From the NCBI RefSeq assembly GCF_036365525.1, contig NC_090389.1:87761611-87825610 (forward strand): a stretch of DNA of 64,000 nt, given 5' to 3'. Of this stretch, positions 13,479-25,649 are shown one piece after another; position 1 is the first letter of the stretch; every line of letters begins with the position of its first letter. Source of the stretch: Heterodontus francisci (taxonomy: Eukaryota). Below the pieces are notes generated by a model, which saw nothing but the letters and a program-made list of their open reading frames with translations, had not been told where the DNA came from and did no database searches. The translations under genes and the position numbers were made by a program.

Positions 13479-14867
13479 AGACTCACGGCCTGTAATTACC
13501 TGACTTATCCCTACTATCCTTCTTGAATAATGGTACCACATTCGCTGTCCTCCAGTCCTCTGGAACTTCTCCTGTGGCCAGAGAGGATTTGAAAATTTGT
13601 GTCAGAGCACCTGCAATCACCTCCTTTGCCTCACATAACAGCCTGGGCTACATCTCATCTGGGCCTGGGGATTTATCTACTTTTAAGCCCGCTAAAACCT
13701 CCTCCCTTTCAATGCTAATTTGTTTAAGTATATCACAGTCCCCCTCCCTGGTCTCTGCACCTACATCGTCCTTCTCCATAGTGAACACAGATGAAAAGTA
13801 ATCATTTAAAACTTCATGTACGTCCTCCTGCTCCCCACGCACGTTGCCACTTTGGTCCTTAATGGACCCTACTCTTTCCCTGGTTATCCTCTTACCCTTA
13901 ATATACTTATAAAACACCATGGGATTTTCCTTTATCTTGCCTGCCAGTGTTTTTTCATGCCCCCTCTTCGTCCTAATTACTTTTTTTAAGTACCTTTTTC
14001 CCCCCCCCCCCTCCCAACACTTTCTATACTCTAGGGCCTCTGCTGTTTTCAGCCCTCTGAATCTACCATAAGCCTCTTTTTTTCTGATTTCTTATCCAAT
14101 CTATATCCTTTAACATCCAGGGTTCCCTGGACTTATTGGTCCTACCCTTCACCTTTACGAGAACATGTTGGCCCTGAACTCTCACTATTTCCTTTTTGAA
14201 TGACTCCCACTGGTCTGATGTAGACTTTCCTACAAGTCGCTGCTCCCAGGCCACTTTGGCCAGATCCCGTTTTATCATATTGAAATCGGCCTATCCCAAT
14301 TCAGCACCTTTTTATTTCCGGTCCATCTTTGTCCTTTTCCATAACTACCTTAAATCTTAATGGTCACTATCCCCGAAATGCTCCCCCACTGACACTTCTA
14401 CCACTTGTCTGGCTTCATTCCCTAAGATTAGGTCCAATAACGCCCCTTCTCTTGTCGGACTTTCTACATGCTGGCTCAAAAAGCTCTCCTGGATGCACTT
14501 TAAGAATTCCACCCCCTTTGAGCCTTTTGCACTAAGACTATCCCAGTTAATATCGGGGAAGTTGAAATCCCCTACTATTAGAACAAGAGCAAAGAAAATT
14601 ACAGCACAGTAACAGGCCCTTCGGCCCTCCAAGCCTGCGCCGATCCAGATCCTCTATCTAAACATGTCGCCTATTTTCTAAGGGTCCGTATCTCTTTGCT
14701 TCCTGCCCATTCATGTATCTGTCTAGATACATCTTAAAAGACGCTATCGTGCCCGCGTCTACCACCTCCCCTGGCAACACGTTCCAGGCACCACCACCCT
14801 CTGCGTAAAGAACTTTCCACGCATATCCCCCCTAAACTTTGCCCCTCTCACTTTGAACTCGTGACCC

Positions 14868-17612
14868 CTAGTAATTGAATCCCCCACTCTGGGGAAAAAG
14901 TTTCTTGCTATCCACCCTGTCTATACCTCTCATGATTTTGTACACCTCAATCAGGTCCCCCCTCAACCTCCGTCTTTCTAATGAAAATAATCCTAATTTA
15001 CTCAACCTCTCTTCATAGCTAGCGCCCTCCATACCAGGCAACATCCTGGTGAACCTCCTCTGCACCCTCTCCAAAGCATCTACATCCTTTTGGTAATGTG
15101 GCGACCAGAACTGCACGCAGTATTCCAAATGTGGCCGAACCAAAGTCTTATACAACTGTAACATGACCTGCCAACCCTTGTACTCAATACCCCGTCCGAT
15201 GAAGGAAAGCATGCCGTATGCCGCCTTGACCACTCTATTGACCTGCATTGCCACCTTCAGGGAACAATGGACCTGAACACCCAAATCTCTCTGTACATCA
15301 ATTTTCCCCAGGACTTTTTCATTTACTGTATAGTTCACTCTTGAATTGGATCTTCCAAAATGCATCACCTCGCATTTGCCCTGATTGAACTCCATCTGCC
15401 ATTTCTCTGCCCAACTCTCCAATCTATATATATTCTGCTGTATTGTCTGACAGTCCCCTTCACTATCTGCTACTCCACCAATCTTAGTGTCGTCTGCAAA
15501 CTTGCTAATCAGACCACCTATACTTTCCTCCAAATCATTTATGTATATCACAAACAACAGTGGTCCCAGCACGGATTCCTGTGGAACACCACTGGTCACA
15601 TGTCTCCACTTTGAGAAACTCCCTTCCACTGCTACTCTCTGTCTCCTGTTGCCCAGCCAGTTCTTTATCCATCTGGCTAGTACACCCTGGACCCCATGCG
15701 CCTTCACTTTCTCCATCAGCCTACCATGGGGAACCTTATCAAACGCCTTACTGAAGTCCATGTATATGACATCTACAGCCCTTCCCTCATCAATCAACTT
15801 TGTCACTTCCTCAAAGAATTCTATTAAGTTGGTAAGACATGACCTTCCCTGCACAAAACCATGTTGCCTATCACTGATGAGCCCATTTTCTTCCAAATGG
15901 GAATAGATCCTATCCCTCAGTAACTTCTCCAGCAACTTCCCTACCACTGACGTCAGGCTCACCGGTCTATAATTACCTGGATTTTCCCTGCTACCCTTCT
16001 TAAACAAAGGGACAACATTAGCAATTCTCCAGTCCTCCGGGACCTCACCCGTGTTTAAGGATGCTGCAAAGATATCTGTTAAGGCCCCAGCTATTTCCTC
16101 TCTCGCTTCCCTCAGTAACCTGGGATAGATCCCATCCGGACCTGGGGACTTGTCCACCTTAATGCCTTTTAGAATACCCAACACTTCCTCCCTCCTTATA
16201 CCGACTTGACCTAGAGTAATCAAACATCTGTCCCTAACCTCAATATCCGTCATGTCCCTCTCCTCGGTGAATACCGATGCAAAGTACTCGTTTAGAATCT
16301 CACCCATTTTCTCTGACTCCACGCATAACTTTCCTCCTTTGTCCTTGAGTGGGCCAATCCTTTCTCTAGTTACCCTCTTGCTCCTTATATATGAATAAAA
16401 GGCTTTGGGATTTTCCTTAACCCTGTTTGCTAAAGATATTTCATGACCCCTTTTAGCCCTCTTAATTCCTCGTTTCAGATTGGTCCTACATTCCCGATAT
16501 TCTTTCAAAGCTTCGTCTTTCTTCAGCCTCCTAGACCTTATGTATGCTTCCTTTTTCCTCTTAGCTAGTCTCACAATTTCACCTGTCATCCATGGTTCCC
16601 TAATCTTGCTATTTCTATCCCTCATTTTCACAGGAACATGTCTCTCCTGCATGCTAATCAACCTCTCTTTAAAAGCCTCCCACATATCACATGTGGATTT
16701 ACCTTCAAACAGCTGCTCCCAATCTACATTCCCCAGCTCCTGCCGAATTTTGGTATAGTTGGCCTTCCCCCAAATTAGCACTCTTCCTTTGGGACCACTC
16801 TCGTCTTTATCCATGAGTATTCTAAAACTTACGGAATTGTGATCACTATTCCCAAAGTAGTCCCCTACTGAAACTTCAACCACCTGGCCGGGCTCATTCC
16901 CCAACACCAGGTCCAGTATGGCCCCTTCCTGAGTTGGACTATTTACATACTGCTCTAGAAAACCCTCCTGGATGCTCCTGACAAATTCTGCTCCATCTAG
17001 ACCTCTAACACTAAGTGAATCCCAGTCAATGTTGGGAAAATTAAAATCTCCTATCACCACCACCCTGTTGCTCCTGCATCTTTCCATAATCTGTTTACAT
17101 ATTTGTACCTCTATCTCACGCTCGCTGTTGGGAGGCCTGTAGTACAGCCCCAACATTGTTACCGCACCCTTCCTATTTCTGAGTTCTGCCCATATTGCCT
17201 CACTGCTCGAGTCCTCCATAGTGCCCTCCTTCAGCACAGCTGTGATATTCTCTTTGACCAGTAATGCAACTCCTCCACCCCTTTTACCTCCCTCTCTATC
17301 CCGCCGGAAGCATCGATATCCTTGGATATTTAGTTGCCAATCGTGCCCTTCCCTCAACCAAGTCTCAGTAATAGCAATAACATCATACTCCCAGGTACTA
17401 ATCCAGGCCCTAAGTTCATCTGCCTTACCTACTACACTTCTTGCATTAAAACAAATGCACTTCAGACCACCAGTCCCTTTGCATTCATCATCTGCTCCCT
17501 GTCTACTCTTTCCCTTAGTCACGCTGACTTCATTATCTAGTTCCTTACAGGCTTTAGTTACTACCTCCTTACTGTCCACTGACCTCATTTGGTTCCCATC
17601 CCCCTGCCACAT
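14868..17612 (-). pseudogene. CR1 ORF2 endonuclease-reverse transcriptase (914 aa; QG-to-QE change in RT motif, C-terminal frameshift)
   Basis: FNARS, ITETWL, GDFN, SDH (APE); YMDFSKAFD, VPQESVLGP, KFADD (RT). Confidence 0.92.
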
Positions 17613-18539
17613 TAGTTTAAACCCTCCCCAACTGCGTTAGCAAAAGCACCCCCAAGGACATTGGTTCCAGTCCGGCCCAGGTGTAGACCGTCCAATTTGT
17701 AATAGTCCCACCTCCCCCAGAACCGGTCCCAATGTCCCAAAAATCTGAACCCCTCCCTCCTGCACCATCTCTCAAGCCACGCATTCATCCTGACTGTTCT
17801 TTCATTTCTACTCTGACTATTACGTGGCACTGGTAGCAATCCTGAGATTACTACCTCTGAGGTCCTACTTTTTAACTTGGCTCCTAACTCCCTAAATTCT
17901 GCTTGTAGGACCTCATCCCGTTTTTTACCTATATCATTGGTGCCTATGTGCACAACGACAACTGGCTGTTCACCCTTCCCTTTCAGAATGTTCTGCAGCC
18001 GATCTGAGACATCCCTGACCTGTGTACCTGGGAGGCAACTTACCATTTGGGAGTCTCGTTTTCGACCACAGAACCGCCTATCTACTCCCCTTACAATCGA
18101 ATCCCCGATGACTATAGCCCTTCCACTCTTTTTCCCGCCCTTCCGAACAGCAGAGCCAGCCACGGTGCCATGAACCTGGCTACTGCTGCCTTCCCCCTGG
18201 TGAGCCATCTCCCTCAACAGTATCCAAAACGGTATACCTGTTTTGGAGGGAGATGACCGCAGGGGACACCTGCGCTGCCTTCCTGCTCTTTCTCTGCCTT
18301 TTGGTCACCCATTCCCTTTCACCCTCAGCAATCCTAATCTGCGGTGTGACCAATTCACTAAACGTGCTATCCACGACCTCCTCAGCATCGCGCATGCTCC
18401 AAAGTGAGTCCATCCGCAGCTCCAGAGCCGTCATGCCGTCTAACAAGAGCTGCAGCTGGACACACTTCCAGCACGTGAAGGAGTCAGGGGCATCAGCCGT
18501 GTCCCTGAGCTCCCACATTGAGCAAGAGGAGCATAACAC
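17612..18539 (-). pseudogene. CR1 ORF1 (Zn-finger/coiled coil plus SGNH esterase), frameshifted
   Basis: CSSC..CWKC in 18180-18539; GDS, GTND, DGLH esterase motifs in 17612-18217. Confidence 0.88.
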
Positions 18540-20689
18540 GGGTCTGAGATCCGTATTATTACCATATTATTTTTACACCTCACTGAGATTTGTCTATGTA
18601 TCCGCCTATCTCTCCCTCACTGGAGGCCTGTAGTACACTCCCAGCAAAGTGATTGCCCCTTTTTTGTTTTCAAGTTCTACCCATATGGCCTTATTTGAGG
18701 AACCTTCTAAGATATCATTCCCTCCTTACTGCAGTAATTGACTCCTTGATCAATCGTGCAATGCCACCTCCTCTTTTACACCACCCCTTCGTCATGCCTG
18801 AAGATTCTATACTCTGGAATATTAAGCTGCCAATCCTGCCCTTCCCTCAACCATGTCTCTATGATAGCAATAACGTCATATTCTGTGTTAATCAACGGCC
18901 TCAATTCATCTGCATTACTTGTAAGATTCCTTGCGTTAAACTGGATGCAATCCAGCCTTGCATTATTCGCTTGTGCCTTAACAGGTCTATATTTGCTCTG
19001 CCTTCCAGACTGACTTAATTTTTCTTCTATATTTGGCTGTGCATCACCCCCTACTGTACCTCCACTCTGTATCCCATCCCCCCTGCCAAATTAGTTTAAA
19101 CCCAACCCCTACCACAGCACTAGCAAACCTCCCTGCAAGGATGTTGGTCCCGTTCCGGTTCAGGTGCAACCCATCCGACTTGTACAGGTCACACCTTTAA
19201 CAGAAACCGATCCAGGAAACTAAAGCCCTCCCTCCTGCACCATCTCTTCAGCCACCCATTCATCTACTTGATCCTCCTATTCCTATACTCACTAGCACGT
19301 GGCACCGGGAGTAATCCAGAGATTATAACCTTTGAGCTCCTGCTTTTTAATCTGCTACCTAGCTCCCTAAATTCTTGTTGCAGGATCTCATCCCTCTTTC
19401 TACCTATGTCATTGGTGCCAATGTGAACCATGACCTCTGACTGTTCACCCTCCCCCTTCAGAATGTCCTGCAGCCGCTCTGTGACATCCTTGACTCTAGC
19501 ACCAGGGAGGCAACATACCATCCTGAAGTCACGTTTGCGGCCACAGAAACTCCTATCTGTACCCCTTACGATAGACTCCCCTATCACTATTAGCTCTTCC
19601 ACTCTTTTTTTTCCTTCCCTCCTGTGCAGCAGAGCCACCCGTGGTGCCACAGACTTGGCTCTTGCTGCATTCCCCTGAGAAGCTATCTTCCCCCAACAGT
19701 ATTCAAAGGAGAAAATCTGTTCGAGAGGGCGATGGACCCAGGGTACTCCTGCACTACCTACCTAGTTCTTCTACTCTGCCTGGCGGTCACCCATTCCCTT
19801 TCTGCCTGAGCAGTCTTTACCTGTGGTGTGACCACCTCCCTGTAGATGCTATCCACAATGATCTCAGCCTCACGGATGCTCAACAGTGTCTCCAGCTGCC
19901 GCTCCAGATGCGAAACGCGGATTTCGAGTAACTGCAGCTGGAGACACTTCCTGCACACATGTTCACCCTGGACACTGTAAGTGTCCCTGACTTCCCACAT
20001 TGCACAGGAGGAGCACTCCATGCTGCTGAGCTGCCCTCCCATGACACATCCTTAATTTACTCCCTTAAATTACTCAAAAATTAGAGATTATTTATACTAG
20101 GTGTCTTGATTCCTTAATATTTAATTGTAATATTTTCTGCAGTTCAAATGGGTACAATCTGAGCATTTCGTCTAACCAGCATTGTGCTATACTCAACTCC
20201 TGATAACTTCTGTATTGAGCTTACTGCTACTCACTTTTGGGGGGTGGGGATGCATCAATATAATCAAGTTAATCTGTTGAACAGCTACTGTTTATGCTGT
20301 ATTGTTGTTGCCTTAGTGTCAGAATGTTGTGCGTTTGAACCACACCGTTGAACTTGAGCATGTAATCTAAACTGACTTTTTTCGTGGCTTTCTTGTGTGC
20401 ACTCACTCATGAAGAATAATAGATTCAATCTGCTGATCGCAACTGTGAATAAGATGGCTACCCAGGTTGGAGAGAATGCTGCCCGCCTTCATAATTTAGT
20501 GCTTTATTTAGCTTGGCAGATTCTTGGGCAAACCCAACTTGTGTTTAGCTTTTAGCCACCGGGAGCACTGAATTAAGATGCACAGCTCCTAGAAAAGATT
20601 ACTGAAAGATATCTTAAAAATACTAAAAGATAAAAGACCTCGTTGCATATATTCTCTCCTGCCCTCTGCCCTATCACACGCCTTCCCTT

Positions 20690-20880
20690 TGGTGGTTCTT
20701 TCCCCTCCTCCTTTTCCCCCCCACCCTTCATTTGCTGAAAGCCTATTACATTTCTGGTCACAGACCTGAAACATTATCTATCTTTCACTCTCCACAGATG
20801 CTGCCAGACCTGCTGAGTATTTCTAGCACTTTCTGTTTTTATTTCAGATTTCCAGCAACTCCAGTATTTTGCTTTTACTA
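20690..20880 (+). repeat. Short Penelope-terminus-derived repeat
   Basis: 'cacagatgctgccagacctgctgagtatttctagcactttctgtttttatttcagatttccagca' is the reverse complement of the Penelope end at 50343-50430; further copies near 42795-42895 and 55386-55472. Confidence 0.7.
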
Positions 20881-21525
20881 AAAGATATTCCTAGTCTGGA
20901 TTACCTTGGTTCACGTCTGAACTTCATTTACGTAATCGGTTCTGCCTTTTTAAAAAAGAAAAAGACACTGATTTTAGTTTGTTGGACTTGGGCGTTATCT
21001 TTAAAATGTCAAAAGAATCACAGTGAGACATTTTCTCTTCTTTAAATTCTGCTTTTGGTACATAGAGAATAGAATAAGCTTGGAGCCCTGAACGCATTAT
21101 CAATATGATTTAGTCAGTAACTCCGGGATGGTAGACGGTGAATCCGGATGGGCCTTGGAATTATTCTCATCTAGCAATTCATCACAAGATGCATTCTGTG
21201 GGATGGTAGTTATTTTTGTTCAAATATGATCATATAAGATGATTTATATTTGAATAAATGTTTATGCATGGCAACTTACACTTCCATTCTACCCATCGTC
21301 CCCTTTTGCTTTTTTTTTCTATTTGCAGTTGATGTGGATGGACTTTCAAAAGGCATTTGATAAACATAAGAATTTGGAACAGGAGTAGACTGCATAATAG
21401 ATTTGTTAGCAAACTTGAAGGCCATGGAGGTTAAGGGGACCGTGGTGGCATAAATACAATATTAGCGGAGACTGAAAACAGAGTGAACAGTTTTTTTTCC
21501 AAAGGATGTTATCCTCAGTTGATAA

Positions 21526-21990
21526 AAAGAAAGACTTGCATTTGTCTAGTGCCTTTCATGACCTCAGGGTGCCCAAACGCTTTACAGCAAATGAAGTACT
21601 TTTGAAGTGTAGTCACTGCTGTAATGTTGAAAATACAGCTCATTTGTGCACAGCAAGCTCCCACAAGCAGCAATATCATGATGACTAGACAGTCTTTTTT
21701 TTTCTAATGATGTTGATTGAGGGATATATATTGGACAGGACACCAGGGAGAACTCCCCTGCTCCTCTTCAAAATAGTGACATGGGATTTTTTTTTAACGT
21801 TCAACAGAGAGGGCAAATGGGGCCCTGATGTCTCATCCGAAAGACAGCATCAGTGACAGTACAGCACTCCCTCAGTACTGGCCCAGGGAATGTCAGCCTA
21901 GATTTTTGAACTGAAGTTCCTGGAGTGGGCCTTGAATCCACAAACCTCTGACTCGGGCAAGACTACTACCCACTGAGTCATAACTGACAT
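21526..21990 (-). mobile_element. Deu-domain SINE
   Basis: Reverse complement of the 2259-2708 element. Confidence 0.75.
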
Positions 21991-23699
21991 CACTAAATAA
22001 CGACCACATAATTGGGCCATATCCAACAGGGTTCAGTGGTTAATGATAAAGAGTGGGAACACTGACTGAGTTCCCCTCCAATAACCCAGCCGTGATGGGG
22101 CCAATTGTATCACTCCTACCACCATTTTGGGTGAAATTATAAACCGTGGAACAGTCTGGAATCTTTCTCACCTGTTGGGCTAGGCTTCTCACTGAACTCT
22201 CTCAGCTATTCAACAAGATCCTTAGCTTTTTTAAAAAAAAACATTTAAAGGTTGAAAATGTTGCAAATAATTTTGGATAACTTTTTAAATTATAACTTCC
22301 CTCCCCCCCCCCCCCCCCCCCCCCCCCCCCGCGCTGATGTTCCAGCCATAATTTATGCCTTTAACTGACATTTGACAGCAGATATCCTTTAAGGATTAAA
22401 ATCAATTTTAGTTGCCTCAGAGCTGGATGGAGATTTTCATTTTCTCAGCAGCAAATGCTTCCTTTGGTAGGTAGTCAGTGATTTGAGCTTGTACCAAGTC
22501 TGGAATGTTGTAATATTGCAGTCTCATTGACTCTGTGCTTTCCTCTCTCTCTCTGCTGAACCATCAGCAGCAAAACACACAACTTTTCCCTCTGGAGTTA
22601 CTTCCTGAGACCCCTCCGTGCCGTCACCCCATCTCTAAAAGTCTCCTTGAAACCTATTTTCTTGACCATTCTTTTGATCATCTCTTCTAACTTTTCCATC
22701 TTTGGTAGGTCTGTTTCATCTTCTGTGTAGATGAGGCTCCCTGTCCTTTCATTCTGTAGTTAAACCAGAAGTGTCTCGAGACATATTGTAAATTAAAGCT
22801 GCTATATAACTGCAAGTTGTTTTTTAAAAATGCCTTATGGAATGATTATTTTGTCTTTTAAAAATAAGTGAAGAATTGAATTTTGGGGTCGATGTGATTG
22901 AGCCTCGATGTCACCAATTCATCTGTCTGCATATTCTGCTCCTGTGTTTAAAAAATCTCTCTGGAATCATGGCATGTAGATATTTTTTTTAAATCTAGGT
23001 TAGATTTTCAGATCAGCATTATTCTAACACCAGCATCAACTGTTTGAAATAAATGGTTTGCACCAATTGGAGTTGAGATTCCTGTCTCAGACTTGAGGTG
23101 TAGGTTTTAGGGTGTGGCATTGGACGCGATGGAAATTGATAAAATTGGCACCCAACGAGTTTTGTTCTTTACAACAGTTGTAATAGAAGTTAAGAGCCCT
23201 TCAAAAGACTATTCATCCTGATGGCACTGTTCCTGGTTTTTGCAGAAGGGTCCACTTCAGGAATGCAAGAATGCGATCTATAGTTGTACCACTGGTATTT
23301 GCTGTCTACCCCTTGCTACCATGTGTGAATGACAGAGACGTCACAGGGGGATAAAGACTGGGCAAAGGGGGTGTTGGTTTGATTGGTTTGGGATATTTTT
23401 TACCTGATTTTCAGCAGGATGGGTATATTCAGTCACAAAATCTTTCTCCCCACCAATTGCTCCTTATGTGCAAAAGATAAGCACGTGTTCCTACACACGC
23501 TCCACATTACTGCTTCACCCCCACCCCCACTCCCCACTGGCATCAGCATAAGCTCCTCAAGCCCTACAACCCTCCAAGATCTTTGCACTCCTCCAGGTGT
23601 GGCCTCTTTTGCATCCCTGATTTTAATCGCTCACTGTTGGCGGCCATGCCTTCAGCTGTCTAGGCCCAATCTGTGGTCCTCTCTCCTTCTCTCTCCTTT

Positions 23700-24410
23700 T
23701 TAAACAGCTTTTTAAAGTCCTTCGACCAGTGCATTCAGATCACGACAATTCACTGTATAAAATCGTGTTTCCTCATCTGGTTCCTTTCCCAATTGCTTTA
23801 AATCTGTGTCCTCTGCTTACTAACCCTTCTGCCTCAAACTGTTTCTCCGTATTTACTCTGTCACAAACAGTCCTGATTTTAAACACCTCAGTGCAATTTC
23901 CTCTTAACATTCTCTGCTCTAAGGAGAACAACCCCAGCCTTTTCATGTAACTGAAGTCCCTTATCCCTGGTGTCATTCTAGTAAATTTCTGTCACCCTCT
24001 TGAAGGCCTTGACATCGTTTGTAAAGTGTGCTGTCAAGAATTGAACACAATACTCTTTTATAAACGTTTAGCATAACTTCCTTGCTTTTATATTCAATGC
24101 TCCTATCAATAAAACCAAGGATCCCATATGTACTTTTAACTGTCTTAACTTGTCCTGCCACCTTCAAGGGTTCGTCTACATACACCCCATGTCTCTCTGT
24201 ACCTGAACTCCCTTTAAAATGTACTAGTTAGTTTGTATTATCAGTGCTCAGTCTTCCTACCAAAATGTGTTACTTCTAATTTTTCTGCATTAAATTTCAT
24301 CTGCCACATGTCTGCCCTTCGAAGTCTGTTACTATCTGCCTCACTGTTTACTACATTTTCAACTTTCTTATCTGTAAACTTTGAAATTATGCCCTGTATA
24401 CCCAAGGTTT
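23700..24410 (-). mobile_element. Degraded CR1 3' fragment
   Basis: RLGLFSLEQRMLRG, YGILGFIDRSIEYKSKEVML. Confidence 0.75.
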
Positions 24411-25649
24411 CATGATTGGGAAGATAGGAAGTAAGCTACCAAAATAAAAATTGGGAAAACTTCTTTCTCTCCAGACTGTAAAGCATTTGAAAAAGAAAAC
24501 CCATCCTGAATATTTTAAATATACAATCCAGCTAATCTGCCACGATGGCTTGAAGTAATAATTCTAGCAGTTAGGCCAATTGGTTTGTGCTGAAATTATT
24601 TGGTTTAAAGTTCAGCATGTCACCGTTGGTGCTATCTGTTGACCCTGTGGCATGGAAATGGAATCATGTCGCATCCTAATCACTAGAATGATTTTTGCAT
24701 CACTAACTTATTTGAAAAGAAGGTTTTGAAATCTGCATCTTTAACTTGCATCCCATGGCAATAAAGCAGTTCTTGTGCTGCATGCAGCTTTTTTTTTGAG
24801 ACTGAAACACCGGAATATAGTGCAATTTAATTTTTACCATATGATCTGATTAAAGGATACATTGACTGTGGGTTCCATTTGTGTTACCAACTGAAACTTG
24901 TATCGCTTTATGGGCAGTAGGATATGGATCTTGGGATCAGGGCAGTCTATTTCTACCAGATGTGTGTGATCTCATCTCGGAAAGTATCTTCCCTATGTCA
25001 TGAAATTAAAGTCACAGTTGAGAACAGAAGGGTTGGGGGAAGTAATGAAATATTTAACCATGCTGCTTCACCTCTAAATTTGATTTCACCAACAGCTTCT
25101 GACAGTCGCCCAACCTTCATTAATTCCAACATGTCTGGAATTCTACTGCCCATATCCCAACTCTCATTAATCCCAACCTGAGAGTCATTCTCCTCTTTCC
25201 CCCACCCCCACCCCCATCCTACTTGTCTCCTAAATGTATACAATTTAAAACCCTTTTGTCCAATCCTGTGTCCCCTGATCGTCGTGTAATCTCTTCTCCC
25301 CCACCTTCTTCAGCAGTCTCAGCTCTATTCCCTGGAACATCCTCCTCTCCTCTACCAATGAAAACTTTCTTAAAACTCATTTCTTTTTAAATAAGGATTC
25401 AGACATCACTCTTAACCTCAGCCGCCACCTGCCACCCCGCCCCTCTGCTGAAGTGCATTAGGATGTTGTTCTATGTCAAATGTACAATATACATACAAGA
25501 TGATGTGTTTCATGTTAGCGTTGCTGGATTCATTCCAAGTTTTTAACTTTGCTTGGCAGCAGATGCAGTGTTATAATAAGTCTCTCAGTCTTGACATAAT
25601 ACACTCCAAAATTAATTTGTTGAATAAAGCACTTTTGAGATGTTTTGTG

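Larger units (their letters stand above)
14581..18553 (-). mobile_element. Young CR1 LINE, nearly complete ORF1 and ORF2, lacking the 5' UTR
   Basis: ORF1 Zn-finger plus SGNH esterase (GDSIVRG) with one frameshift near 18195; 914-aa APE-RT ORF2 with a frameshift near its 3' end; TATTA duplication at 14576-14580 and 18554-18558. Confidence 0.96.
7250..20090 (-). mobile_element. Old, originally near full-length CR1 LINE, split into pieces (about 7250-8171, 11488-11727, 12170-12361, 13479-14580, 18554-20090) by nested insertions
   Basis: Pieces are colinear on the minus strand: ORF1 Zn-finger (CSSCAMWE..CRKC), esterase (GESIVRG..HIGTNDIG), APE (GDFNFPDINW..SDH), RT (KSPGPD, QHGF, FSKAFDKIPH, GVPQGSVLGP), C-terminus and 3' tail. 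Confidence 0.88.

Noticed and set aside
22303-22330. Long poly-C run (others near 37585 and 39907)
   Set aside because: Simple homopolymers with no supportable function; lengths are error-prone.
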